Positions 11,945-24,004 of a stretch of 64,000 bases of DNA are shown here, one piece after another (within the stretch, counting starts at the first letter, position 1; every line of letters starts with the position of its first letter). The DNA is from Nymphaea colorata (lineage: Eukaryota), in the NCBI RefSeq assembly GCF_008831285.2, contig NC_045138.2:14632001-14696000 (forward strand), read 5' to 3'. The notes under the pieces were generated by a model. The model searched no databases. It was not told the DNA's origin and saw only the letters and a program-made list of their open reading frames with translations. The position numbers and the translations under genes are program-made.

Positions 11945-14900
11945 TGACTTATCTTTACTTCCGTCGCTACCAAGCAGAGTGGATGATTCTGTCTTTAATT
12001 TGGTCAGAAGCCTAAGTCCACCCTGTCCGGCCCCAAATGATATAGATCTTGAATGAAGTCTACGTACGGTCCTCACTTTATCCAACAAGACTGCAGCAGC
12101 GACCAGGATGGGGCCTGACTTCAACAGTTATCCCTTTGGAGATGCGCGTAATTTTGCATTTATTATGTTATCTGACCATGCTGCTGTGGGTCTTTCTTGT
12201 TTGCGTTCAAAGCACATGGTTTCATTACATGAGCAAAATTGTGTTCTATTCCATACTAGTAGGAGAACCCACCTCGATATTGTCAAAATAGAAAAGAAAA
12301 TACAACAAGAAAACCAGAACCAAATGAAGATGATGTGTTCTTTTCGTGGTAAAGATCTTACCATTTTCGAAGGAAATGGAGTTACAGCGGAAGGCCTCTA
12401 CTCCCTTCAGGTTTCCATCATAAGGAACTGAAGCTACATCTCTTTTCGATTTCCATTGAAGAGTTGTTCTATGTGTTCACGCTCTTTTGATTTTGAGACC
12501 TCCAAAAATGGATAAATTTCTTTTTATTAAGAACATATGTAAGATTCTGGTTAAAAAAAAGACAATGGTAATCCCACTTAATCTATAGTAATAGAAACAC
12601 ATGTCCTACCAAAACAGAAGCATACATGAAATCTCAATTCTCATAAGCTAAGCTTCCATCTCCTTCTTTAAAATACATTTTCAAAGAGAGAGAGAGAGAG
12701 AGAGAGAGAAATATATGCCCTCTAGTTAATTATTTGTATCATCACTATATGTGTCATGAGGCTAATCGCATTTTATCAAATATGATCCTTCATTTTAGAA
12801 ATGTCGTTTTCTCAAAGCATGGAATGAAGTTTTATTAGTCGAGGAAGCTCATATTAAATGGTTAAAAAATAGGTTCCAGGAAAATGACTTTGTGTTTTTA
12901 GGTTTTCCATTATTAAGATCTCATCTTCTCTATGATTAATTTCCTAAAAGCCAAAATTCACGAACGACATAATAAGAACATACTAAAATGTGACAAAAAA
13001 TTAGAGAGAATTGCTTGAGTTGTTTGAATTCAAGTCACCAAAATTGGGTAACCCTGTGTGCTTTTAAAAGTTGTTTGCTTGACCAAGATTACGGATAAGA
13101 CTGGACATCTCAAAAAGATGCTTGAATATGTTTTCAACTTAATATCAGCGTGCCAATATCTTAGAGCATCGTCAAAAGGTCGAACTTATATCTTTCAAAA
13201 TCTTTACGGGAGCCCAAATCATGTGCTTTTTGAGGTCAAATAATTTTTTTTGTCAATTATTACATGTAATTTTTTCTCTTTTATACACATGCACAGCCTC
13301 CAATGTTTTAGCCTTTTCTCATGAATCCAAAATATAAGAAGAAAAACAATGAAAAAACAATATATACGTCCGATTTGAGGAAGAATTAAGCTAATTAAGA
13401 TCGTTAATTTCAAAAACCTTATAATTTCATGTTATTTTTAGTATCCTATAAAACTGCGACTAATCCTTTCAATTAACATGGCGAAGATCAGTTTGAATAT
13501 CATTTGGGAAGCCCAAGCCGTAGCTTACTTTGTTCAATAAAGTAAATATCTTGTTCGTCCATAATTGGCCGATGCTGGCTAATTCAAGCCTCAAACGGGC
13601 AGATATTTTAAGGGCCAAATTTTGTTCCCATCGTCATACCAGCTTTTGGAGGTACGCAAAATGTCAACCGGCACCGAATGTATCTCGGGTGCGTGCGAAC
13701 ACTAAGTATTCAGTAGATACATTTAATTTAATTTAATAAGAAGAATAGAACATATTTTTTTAAAAGCACAAATTTCAAAAACACCACGTCTATGTATATT
13801 TTTGTAAATATAAAATGACTATATTTTTCTTATATCTGACAATCAAATGCTAGACATAATCATATATATAATGTTTTATATAACAAAAAATATGTTGCAC
13901 TTAAAACAAGATTCTTTTTAGGTAAGTGGGTTTCCCACCGTCCACAAGAAGGCCGAAGTCTCCATCCAACCTCTTATCCCTTTAAAGTATAAGGTCTGAT
14001 TTTGGTGTTTTGAGTCCACGTCAGTGGTCACTGATTTGTTAAGAAGAAAAGAAAAAAGTTAAAATTAAAAATAATACTCTTTTTCTTTTCTTTTCAGATG
14101 AACCGGTTTTTTTTTAACTTGTTCATCAACTAGATATACCCAATATTTCGTTAGTTTAATCAGTAAAATATACTCAACTTCATGCTGCCCATAATTATGA
14201 GATGTGGCGTGTCCATGTGTTTGGAACTCGTGATGTCTGGCAACTCAGTATCCATGCATTCTTCTTCTTCTTCCCTTCACATTAAGTAACTGGGTCAAGT
14301 GCAAATTGAAGATGATAATGGCAGTGCTTTTTTTTTTCAACATCAAGCATGCAAGTTGCAGATTTTAATCAATATCATCATGCTAGCGCACTGCACCAGT
14401 GGACCATTCACATAGGGCCAACCCTACTCTTAGCCCCATCTACAATGCAAATGAGCCAAGTTGAATTTTTATTATAGTAATAAGGCTCCTTCAGGGCCTG
14501 TTTGGTAAATGAAATAATTTGTAATTGTTTTATGAATCTACCTCAAAAGTTGGGGTAAATTCATAGAACACTTTTCAAGATATTCAATAAACTTGTCTCA
14601 ATCTTTGGGTCACATTCATGGAACATTATATACTATGGATTATGATGCTAGTACTAATGATGTGAAACGCGATCATATCATGGCCATTAATTGAATGATA
14701 ACCATAACATGGTCAATTTTGGTGTATCCTCTTGTGATTTTATATAATATAGTACCTTTGTTTTTCTCTATTCTTCTTTCGAGTGAGCGGAAGGAAATCT
14801 CATTGCCCCAGTGAAGACTGAAAAGTGCCTTCCATTTTCCCTACTGCTCTTATGTGTGGCACAAGCCATTCCTTTGTTTGAATAACAAAGAAAGAGGTTT

Positions 14901-15138
14901 GAGCGGTGAATGATGTGAGTTCAAAGCGCACTATTGATCAGATGCACTTATATATGCTTTTCTATTTTCATTGTTGTTTTAATTTTCTTATCGGTTGTCT
15001 TCATCTTTAAGTCTTCGTTTTGTTGTATTAGTTTTCTTATCTGGTTGTGGTTGCCTCCTCAAAGCTGTTAGGGATGTCAATAATCACATTTGAATTGGAG
15101 GTACTCTTCATTGTATCTGTTTTTTTTTTTTTTTCTTG

Positions 15139-15412
15139 GAAATCCAAATGCTCGGATTCAAATTCACATTCAAATAAGAACAACTAGAACATATCCAATT
15201 ATGAATCAGAATCCAAGTTTTAATTTCACTTTCAAAGCAGATTTTGGTAATCAACTTTCAAAATGTACAGACATCGAAATCCAAATGTTCGGATTCAAAT
15301 TCACATTCAAATAAGAACAAGTGTAACATATCCAATTATGAATCTGAATCCAAGTTTTAATTTCACTTCCAAAGCCGATTTTGAGAATCAACTTTCAAAA
15401 TGTACAGACATC
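15139..15412. repeat. Tandem duplication, 137 bp x 2, high identity
   Basis: GAAATCCAAATG.TCGGATTCAAATTCACATTCAAATAAGAACAA...AAAATGTACAGACATC at 15139-15275 and 15276-15412. Confidence 0.92.
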
Positions 15413-17941
15413 AGATATAAGTTATTTAAAACTAAATCTGATCTGGAACAATAGTTGGTATCTTCTTTCTCTCTCTCTCTCTCTGCCCCAACACCACAAC
15501 CAACGTTAACCCCATCCTATATATATATATAAAGTATTGGCACTAAAATATCAAACTTTGGGTGCAATAATTTCAGCCAATTTCACAAATGAAGGGGAAA
15601 GACATTCCAAAAGCTATTTTTCTTCTTTCAATTTTATCCTTTAGGCCTCCAGGGCATAGCGTAGCTGGTTGGGTTAGGGGTCTGTATAAAGACATGTCTC
15701 TAGTTTGATTTTCCTATATCTTAAGGTGGTAGGGTGTGACATCCAACTTGAATGGTGCACCGTTGCTATCGTTGACACCGACTCAACTCAAGACCCCGAA
15801 AGCAGGGGAATGAAAGAGACTTTCGGGCCTCGTTTCGGGCAGTGGGATGAACCTCTCGCTCACACAAATAGTAAAACCCCTTAGATCTTGTTTGAATATG
15901 TAGAATGTGGCTTTTTGCGTTGCTCGGAAACACCTAGGAGCATCAGAACTGAACATTTAAGGGGTCGAAATGAAAAATGTGCTCAGGCTAACTACTATTA
16001 GCACAAGCCAACAAGAGTCTTGTAAACTGGTAATTAAGGAATTCGCGAAGCTGAAGGAGGCAAAGATTGTGACCCGAGAAGTGCATGGCTTGGTGTGATT
16101 TTCATGCGGATCTGCCTAATCACAACTTGCTGATAAAAGATTATAAAATTAAGAAAGTTATTGTTGTATTGAATTGATGGACAACGACATAAGTTGATTG
16201 ATTTAATCAGGCAAATTCTCCTTGTGACATCTTATTTAAACACTACTTAGAATTCATACGCATTCTCTTCGGCCCTACTCTACTTTGGCTTTAGCTAAAA
16301 GCAGCCATTTCCATTCTTTACTTACTCTCAATTTGTCTTAGTTCGTCTTCTTTCCCAACTGTGATTTCTAGTGATCTGACTCCTGACATAGAGATTTTCC
16401 TTTGTATGAAAAGTAAGTTGTACATTTTTTTTTTTTTTGGAAGAACCCACTTTTGAGGTGGAAGACTTGATCTAACACAAACCCACAAAAAATTTTTGTT
16501 TTCATATTTGATACTCTAAACAAATTTTATTCGTTTCACATGCCGTTTACACTAGGGGAGGAGGCAGGGGCAGCAAGGGCCGTGGACCTTTTTAATTTTT
16601 AGAAATTTAATTTTACATCTAAATTGTAGAACTTTTAGTTTAACCTATATAAATTTTTTTTTAAATTATATTTCAACCCCTATCAAAATTTGAAAGTGTA
16701 ATTCGACCCCTGGAACAATAATTTCAAAGTAAAGTCGTGTAATCAACATGACCAGCCAATTTCCAAGTTGCAATAATTTATCTCTTAAATAAATGGCAAG
16801 TTCTTTATGTTGCTGAGCAACAACTTGGATCATCAGAATTTTAGTAGTATATTTAAAGATTTGCTTCTAACGAAGTGCTCAAGGGTTTTTTCTTTTTCAC
16901 TTTCTTCACTTTTTAGGTACCACGTCGCACTCTACTCAAATCAGACATAACTTATTCTTTCAAAATCCATTTAGTTTTTTATGACCTCATTCTTTTATTG
17001 ATTAGAGAAGAAGGAATACAAAAAAACAAAAACAACAAAATTCCAACAAAATGAGGCTTGTAAAACCTAAATCACAGAGATGGGTATGTTTTTGGGTATG
17101 CCGGTATGGGCACGGTAATTTTAAAAAATCTTGTTAAGTGGATATTAAAAAAAATGTATATTCATATGTATATATATAGGAAATTGAATGGTAACTTTAG
17201 TTCTTTTAGAGTCATACAATCATTTAATTTGCACTGTCTGATTCAAAATGATAGACAGTTAGAAGAAAAATAAAAAAAAGAAGAAGATGACGAACATTTT
17301 CATTATTTAATACTAGTTTTGATCTTTTTCTATTTATTTTTCTCTCAACCATTCATCTAATTTTAAATGAACGGTCATGATTAGATGTCTCATATAACCA
17401 AAGTCATTGTTTACATATATATATATATATTAGATGTTTAATAATTTCTTTACTAACAAATGACACACATATATATATATATATATATATTTAATCTCAA
17501 AATGACCCACCAACAACCCTTGGTTGCATTCATCTGATGCCTTGAGGTTCTTATTCTTTAAGAAGATATGATTTAAATTTCTCCAACTTTTTACAAATGA
17601 CAACTCATGGAAGCCATTTTTTCTTAAGCATCAAGAATAGTTCCAGTGGTGCAAATTAGAATATCCAAGATTAAGTATTTTCTTTGGTGACCATGGCACT
17701 CACGTTCCACGTGCCCAGCAATCAACGCCTTTTGTTTTTTTTTTTTTTAAAAAAAAGATCTGCAAGAAACCTAGACGGTAGCACGAATAATTTTAGAACT
17801 GAAGAATGAGGACGTCAGGAAAGATTTTTATATGGTTGAACGTCACAAGACATAAACCTAATCAGGCGATCCGTGATGTTACTCAACTATTCATAATTAA
17901 TTGCAAACGACGTTGTCAAATATATATATGATGCAACCGAG

Positions 17942-17972
<31 letters not shown>

Positions 17973-18077
17973 GAGAAAAGCATGCCCTGGCAACGTTGGT
18001 AGTATATTGACTACGAGAGTAAAACTTTTTACCAAACAACTAAAAGAAAAAGTTTAAGTATGTTTGTATATACATTC

Positions 18078-18109
<32 letters not shown>

Positions 18110-18426
18110 AATGTATTATGGTGTGTATTTTTGTTACATTTTGAAAAACTTAAATGTGTGTGTGTATATATATGTAGTTAGTCCTACATTCTACAACTCT
18201 ATACTAATTCATAATATGAATAGACTGACAGCAAATAGAATGTGTTATAAAAATATGTAAGGTAAAGAACATATAAAATGAATACCACCGATCCTAGATA
18301 GTTTTCATATGGTTAAAATCTAAAAATTCTATTACTAAAAAACCATAAATCATTACTAAAGGTATAACCCTTATTGTTTTACTTATCTCAATCGAATGTG
18401 TTGCCGTTTGAACTGCATTTGATTTA

Positions 18427-18428
<2 letters not shown>

Positions 18429-18512
<84 letters not shown>
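18429..18512. repeat. Compound microsatellite (AT)n(AG)n
   Basis: An uninterrupted AT dinucleotide run of about 66 nt followed directly by an AG run. Confidence 0.95.
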
Positions 18513-18513
<1 letters not shown>

Positions 18514-21299
18514 TTGTATACCTGAACGTTGGGGAAGAAGGCAACTCACGTTCCCCCCTGAAAATGAGGATGGAAGTGTTGGTAAGGGAAGCACGTAAAC
18601 CTAAGTATTTGAAAGTAATGACTTTTAGGTATGTGTATTTTTTATGTCACATATATATTCTCTGGTCATCAACTTTATGGGCGGTCCTGGTTGAATAATT
18701 GCTGATATTTTGCATGCAATGCAAGTGGGCCTTATTTTATGCAAGTACCTCCAACCCAATGGCAAAAAAATCATTGACTGTTGTTACACAGCAACCAAAC
18801 TTCTCGGAACCTCTCCCATCTCTCATCATACCTGAGTGACAACTATATCCCCACAAACTTCGCGCATTTTTGTCTTCTTGGTTAGCAGCCAGCAAAACCA
18901 TGGCTCATAGTGAGTGAGCTCATCCCACCCTTTATGATTAATTTTTTTTAATAACAGCTACACTTTTCACAAAAACTGTCAATGGAAAGGCTCGAAGCGG
19001 AATTTCCTTAGAAACCAAGTACTTAAGGTATTAGAATAAGTAAAATCAAATATTCTTTTGGAATGATCACGATAGATACAAAAAGAAGAGGAGAATAAAG
19101 AACACCAATTTTGGGGCGAAGAAGAAGAACCTAGTCGGCACTAGTTTAACCTGTCCTATCTATCTACGCTCGCCTTCTGAAAAAGGTAAAATTCCAAGGC
19201 AGAAGATAACTTTTTCTGGGAAAAAGTATCCAAAGGATTTGAATCTATACCAAATAATCCCCTAGATAGAGCCCTCCCCACTTAGCGCCAACTCCCTAGC
19301 TGCTAGGTCCCATGCATGTATGTGCATGAAAATTTTTCCATATATTTCCTTTGATGCCAACAAATATGAAAAGGCCTTTGTTTCTAGATTCCATAGCTTG
19401 GCACCACCTGCCTGTTTCACTGATCCCATCGATCACTGTGTTGCATGAATCCCATTCATGTACTTCGGTCCAAGAAGAACATTATTCCACCATAGTGAGG
19501 TTTGGCCTTTTCTGCCTACCTCATTGCTGCACATCTTCTTGTCCCCTGCTTTACTTTGTAGAATACTCAAATATTCCTACAATGTGGGATACTCTTTATA
19601 ACAAAAGAAAATCAAACTTTAAGAAAGTTCAAAATTTTAAAAAATTTCATATTTAAACTACATTCATTGAGATAAATTTGAAATCAAACTTAAGGAAGTT
19701 CAAAACTTATTTTTGTATTGAATTTTTTCTCATTTGCATGTTGATGTTCCTTAAAGATTTAAAATTTATGAAGTTTCCCGCAAAAAAAAAAAAAAAAAAA
19801 AAAAAAACTATTGTTTTGAAAAAAAAATCCCCATTTAAGATCAAACACTTGGCTTTGCTGGTTTTCTCCTGCTTTCTTTGACCCCATGAGGAACTTTACT
19901 CGACATGCTGACTGCAACTCGAGCAAAAAGAGGGGACATGCTTATCACAAATCAAAGTTTTTGTACTTAATAGTCAAGATCAAGATTTGGGGTTTATCAA
20001 TATATGGTAGGCCGTAATGCACCATGGCAAATAATCATCGGCCATGACATCAAACTGCTGACTGGCGTTGCCTCGACCAATGTTGTCAAAATTGGTTTCC
20101 AAGTCGATTTGAATCTATCGACAAGAGAATTTCAAAAGTATCAGCTGAGTTGAATCGGAATTGAAATCATCTGTTCAAACGGGCAAGTTTGAATCCAATG
20201 AATTTGAAGCCATTCAAGGACAAGCGTGGTTGCTTGAACATTTGCTTTAGATTGAAAGAGATGTTTTAGAGTTTTAGTTAAACTCCTCTGGGGAAAGTCT
20301 GGTCGTTACTTTAATTCTCATAGACATTATTTCTCTGGACTGCAAATGGTAGACATTCTAAATGACAGGTGTATTTCGCTCCACTCGAACCCCGAAGCAC
20401 TCCTGAAGATCATGGGCAAAGAAAAATAAATTTGGGTTTCGGCCTCTTTCCTTCCTCCGGAGCTGAGAGAAAATCCAAAGAATTCATGTGTTGCAGGTAT
20501 TGAACTTTGAAAACAGTTTCTAAATTTTATAAGAGTATGTGTACAAGTTATTCAAGCAATCAAACTTGTCTTGTCCACGCTAAAACTAATCTAAGTAATA
20601 GTTACGATTGCTATTATCATAATTAATGACGTGTATGATTGGAAGAATCATATAAGTATAACAACTCCCAAAAAAAAGAGAGAGGAAAATGTAGTAAAGT
20701 TCTTATTTATTGTAGAAGCAATGCCGAGGGCAGAGACATAATTCTTTATTTGTCCACTTGTAAGCCCAATAATCATGGTTTAAGAGCCATAATTTTTTTT
20801 AAAAGTGGTGCGCTTAAAAAATTAGAAATTTGTTTATTTTTCATTTGTTGTAGCGTATGATCTACATCTAGTGCTTGTGGGGAATGACAAAAATGGTTGT
20901 TGAGAAAGTGTGGGAATCCATGCACCGGAGCAAACGTGCAAGCCTGTCTCGCAATTGCTTAGGTCTTGTAATAAATAACTGCTATAATCAGGGGCCAAGA
21001 AATTAATAAGACACCTTGATATGACGCTTAATTGAAGCTAAAATTTTGCCAATATCTCTGGCTTTAAACTTCAGAAGGTTAAATTATTTTCGCCTTTTTC
21101 TCATCTCATGCCAAAATCTTCTTCTTTTTTTCTTTTCTGTTGTCTTTTTTTGACTATTATAAATAAACATTTTTTCTAAAGAAGAGAAGAGTTGGAAGGG
21201 ATTAAGCAGTTCTCTTTAAGGAAAGTTTCAAGAAGAAACATTGGGATACCAAAAATTGCATGCAACAAGGAAGAGGCTTCGGGACCAATGTTTCGAAAG

Positions 21300-21413
21300 T
21301 CGGCGATATTTTGTAGCTAGTGAGTGGGAACATGTCAAAATATCTAAAATATCGGCGATATTTTGTAGCTAGTGAGTGGGAACATGTCAAAATATCTAAA
21401 ATATCGGCGATAT
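21300..21413. repeat. Tandem repeat, 52 bp x about 2.2
   Basis: TCGGCGATATTTTGTAGCTAGTGAGTGGGAACATGTCAAAATATCTAAAATA starts at 21300 and 21352, with a partial third copy at 21404. Confidence 0.92.
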
Positions 21414-21938
21414 TATGACAAATTGACAAAGTTTTATAATAAAAGATTGAGCTGGATGACAAAGATGAGGACAGGTCCGAACACTGTGGAATGACCGAAG
21501 CGTTCCTCTGCCGCCATTGACAACCAGGAGAAAACCCTAAGGAGGCTCAAAAAGAAAACCCATCACGTCTCTCTCTGGGATGTTCTTGCAGGGTGGGGGA
21601 CTCTGGTTGGCTTGGGCTTAGCAATCAGCAATCCAACTGGTGAGGCCCACATGAAATCTATGCGATAGTTAAATTATTGGTAATTTATGCTATAAAAAAC
21701 CATTAACATATTATCAAGTGGGAGGGGATCATTCATTCCTTTGATGCGCGGCCCCCGCGTCTTCTTCCTCTTCTTCTTTTATCTCTGTTGTTGCTTATGT
21801 TAGGTGGGGGTGGTGGTGGTGGTGGGTTGAGCACAGATATTTTTGCAAATTGCTGGACTGTTTGTAGTTGATTCTCCTTTCAAGGAAAGCAGAATCAGAA
21901 AGGTATTTTTTTTTCCTTTGGCTCGTTTGGTTGCTTGG

Positions 21939-21940
<2 letters not shown>

Positions 21941-21980
<40 letters not shown>
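21941..21980 (+). repeat. (TC)20 GA/TC repeat in the probable promoter or 5' leader of the trihelix gene
   Basis: Pure TC run. GA/TC repeats near plant transcription starts are known BPC/BBR binding elements; binding here is inferred only. Confidence 0.7.
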
Positions 21981-21983
<3 letters not shown>

Positions 21984-22720
21984 CACTCGCTCTCCATCCC
22001 TCCCCCCTGAAGATGGAGATTGGGTGAGGGAGATGGAGGGAGAGTGGTCTGTTTGCTTGAAGGTGGTTTTTTTTTTTTTTTTTTTTGGCGACTGCTGCTG
22101 AGTGATGCTATTATTTTGGGGTTCTTTTGTTTCTCATTGTTTGACTGGTGTGAGTGGCTTCTGTAGGTTCTTTTCTCTGGAAGAACACTGAAGATTAATC
22201 CAGTGTCTTTCCCTTTTCTGTGATTTTAGCGTTTTCTGAATATTGTTCTTCTGTTCATGGTGGCAGGTGAGTTTTGAACTTTTCTTGGATTATGCTTTTA
22301 AATTTTTAATGCACCATTTGCAGAAAACCCTGAATTTGGTTTTTATGAAATTCAAGCTTTTCTTTCCATTATTTGAGATTTCCGATTTCTGATTAGATAA
22401 TGCTAGTAAATCGAGTTATTTCTACCCTAACATTTTATGTTTTTTGTCGCCCTTCATGGTGGTAGTGTTGAGGGAAGATCTGATCCTATCTATATATGTT
22501 TCCAGATTTTGCTTTCTGGTGATAATAGGAAGGACACGGCGTCTAGTGTATTCGATCAACATAACCTTGGTTGAGGTGGCGAGGAGCTTTGTCCGCTCAT
22601 CCAATCTCAATTTGTTTCTGGTTTCTAGATATCTGATTGATAGGTAGAACTTGGTGCAGATGTGCTAGAGATCTGCGAAGAAATCCAGTATTTGAGCTTT
22701 TTTTTCATTTGTTGGTATCC

Positions 22721-24004
22721 ATGGAAGGTCATCTATCAGCAACTAATCTGCTATCTGGCCCTCCTTGTGGAGTGTTAGACCTTCAGGGTTCTCTTCATTC
22801 CCACCATCAGCCACAAAATCCTCATCAAAACTCAGTCACCCATCCCCAACTTGAGGATATGTTCCCCATGCCTGTGGGTAGTGGGAATGAGTGTGGCCAG
22901 CAGCTTCCCATGGTTGATTACAAAACCAGCCACTGGGTTTCAATGGGCACCGATAGGGGGAAAACTTCTACAAGCGATGAGGAAGAACCCAGCCTCACGG
23001 AAGAGGGAGTAGATGCTCATAATGAGAGTGGAAAGCAGAAGCCAAACTCTCAGTGGCATCGTGTGAAGTGGACGGATGCAATGGTGAAGCTTTTGATTTT
23101 AATTGTCTCCTATATTGGAGAGGATGCTGCTTCTGAGTGCGGTGGTGGTAAGCGCAAATATGCAATCTTACAGAAGAAAGGCAAGTGGAAATCGGTCTCC
23201 AAAGTCATGGCTGAAAAGGGGTTTGATGTTTCTCCTCAGCAGTGCGAGGACAAGTTCAATGATCTGAATAAACGGTATAAGAGGCTGACGGATGTGCTTG
23301 GTAGGGGCACTTCTTGCAAGGTTGTCGAGAACCCCTCTTTGTTGGATTATATGGACCACCTGTCGGAGAAGAAGAAGGAAGATGTGAGGAAGATTTTGAG
23401 CTCAAAGCATCTGTTTTATGAAGAGATGTGTTCATATCATAATGGGAACAGATTGTTTCTGCCCAGCGATCCTGCTTTGCAGAGAAGCGTGCAGTTAGCT
23501 CTTAGGAGTGGGGAAGATCGCGATAGGAGACGACCTCATTCACGAGATGATGTTGATGAAGATCAAAGAGAAGAACATGAGATTGATGACAGGGATGATG
23601 ATGCCGAGGCCATCAATGGATTGCATGATGAAAGCGATGGGTTTCGAGGAGTTGATGTGCTCCCAAAAAAGGTGAAAACAGGACCGGATGTGGAAGATGC
23701 AAGCTTCTTCAGTTTTCCTGGTCCTCATGACTGTGGGATGCAGCAGCTTCAAGATAGGTCCAGAACAGCTTGGACGCAGAGGCAGTCGGTGACAAGCCGT
23801 GCCTTGCAGTTGGAAGAGCAAAAGCTTAGCCTTCAGGCTCAAGCTTTGGAGTTGGAAAAGCAGCGTTTCAAGTGGCAAAGATTCAGCATGAAGAAGGACA
23901 GGGAACTGGACAAACTCAGGATGGAAAATGAGAGGATGAAGCTTGAAAATGAGCATATGGCGCTGGAGTTGAAAAGGAGAGAGTTAGCCAATGAATATCA
24001 GTAG
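22721..24004 (+). CDS. Trihelix (Myb/SANT-like, Myb_DNA-bind_4) transcription factor, GT-gamma clade (At1g21200/At1g76870/HRA1-like), single coding exon, 427 aa
   Basis: Long uninterrupted ORF from MEGHLS. It contains WHRVKWTDAMVKLLI, KKGKWKSVSKVMAEKGFDVSPQQCEDKFNDLNKRYKRLTDVLGRGTSCKVVENP, KHLFYEEMCSYHN and a C-terminal coiled coil (LELEKQRFKWQRFSMKKDRELDKLRMENERMKLENE). Confidence 0.93.
   Translation: MEGHLSATNLLSGPPCGVLDLQGSLHSHHQPQNPHQNSVTHPQLEDMFPMPVGSGNECGQQLPMVDYKTSHWVSMGTDRGKTSTSDEEEPSLTEEGVDAHNESGKQKPNSQWHRVKWTDAMVKLLILIVSYIGEDAASECGGGKRKYAILQKKGKWKSVSKVMAEKGFDVSPQQCEDKFNDLNKRYKRLTDVLGRGTSCKVVENPSLLDYMDHLSEKKKEDVRKILSSKHLFYEEMCSYHNGNRLFLPSDPALQRSVQLALRSGEDRDRRRPHSRDDVDEDQREEHEIDDRDDDAEAINGLHDESDGFRGVDVLPKKVKTGPDVEDASFFSFPGPHDCGMQQLQDRSRTAWTQRQSVTSRALQLEEQKLSLQAQALELEKQRFKWQRFSMKKDRELDKLRMENERMKLENEHMALELKRRELANEYQ

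Noticed and set aside
21300..21413. CRISPR-like appearance of regularly spaced repeats
   Set aside because: Head-to-tail copies with no unique spacers, in a plant nuclear genome with no cas genes.
22637..22720. ORF-track start at 22637 for the trihelix gene
   Set aside because: It is a TTG that probably lies in an intron. The family-like N-terminus begins at ATG 22721.
23540..23956. 138-aa minus-strand ORF
   Set aside because: Antisense to the trihelix coiled-coil region; explained by codon bias.
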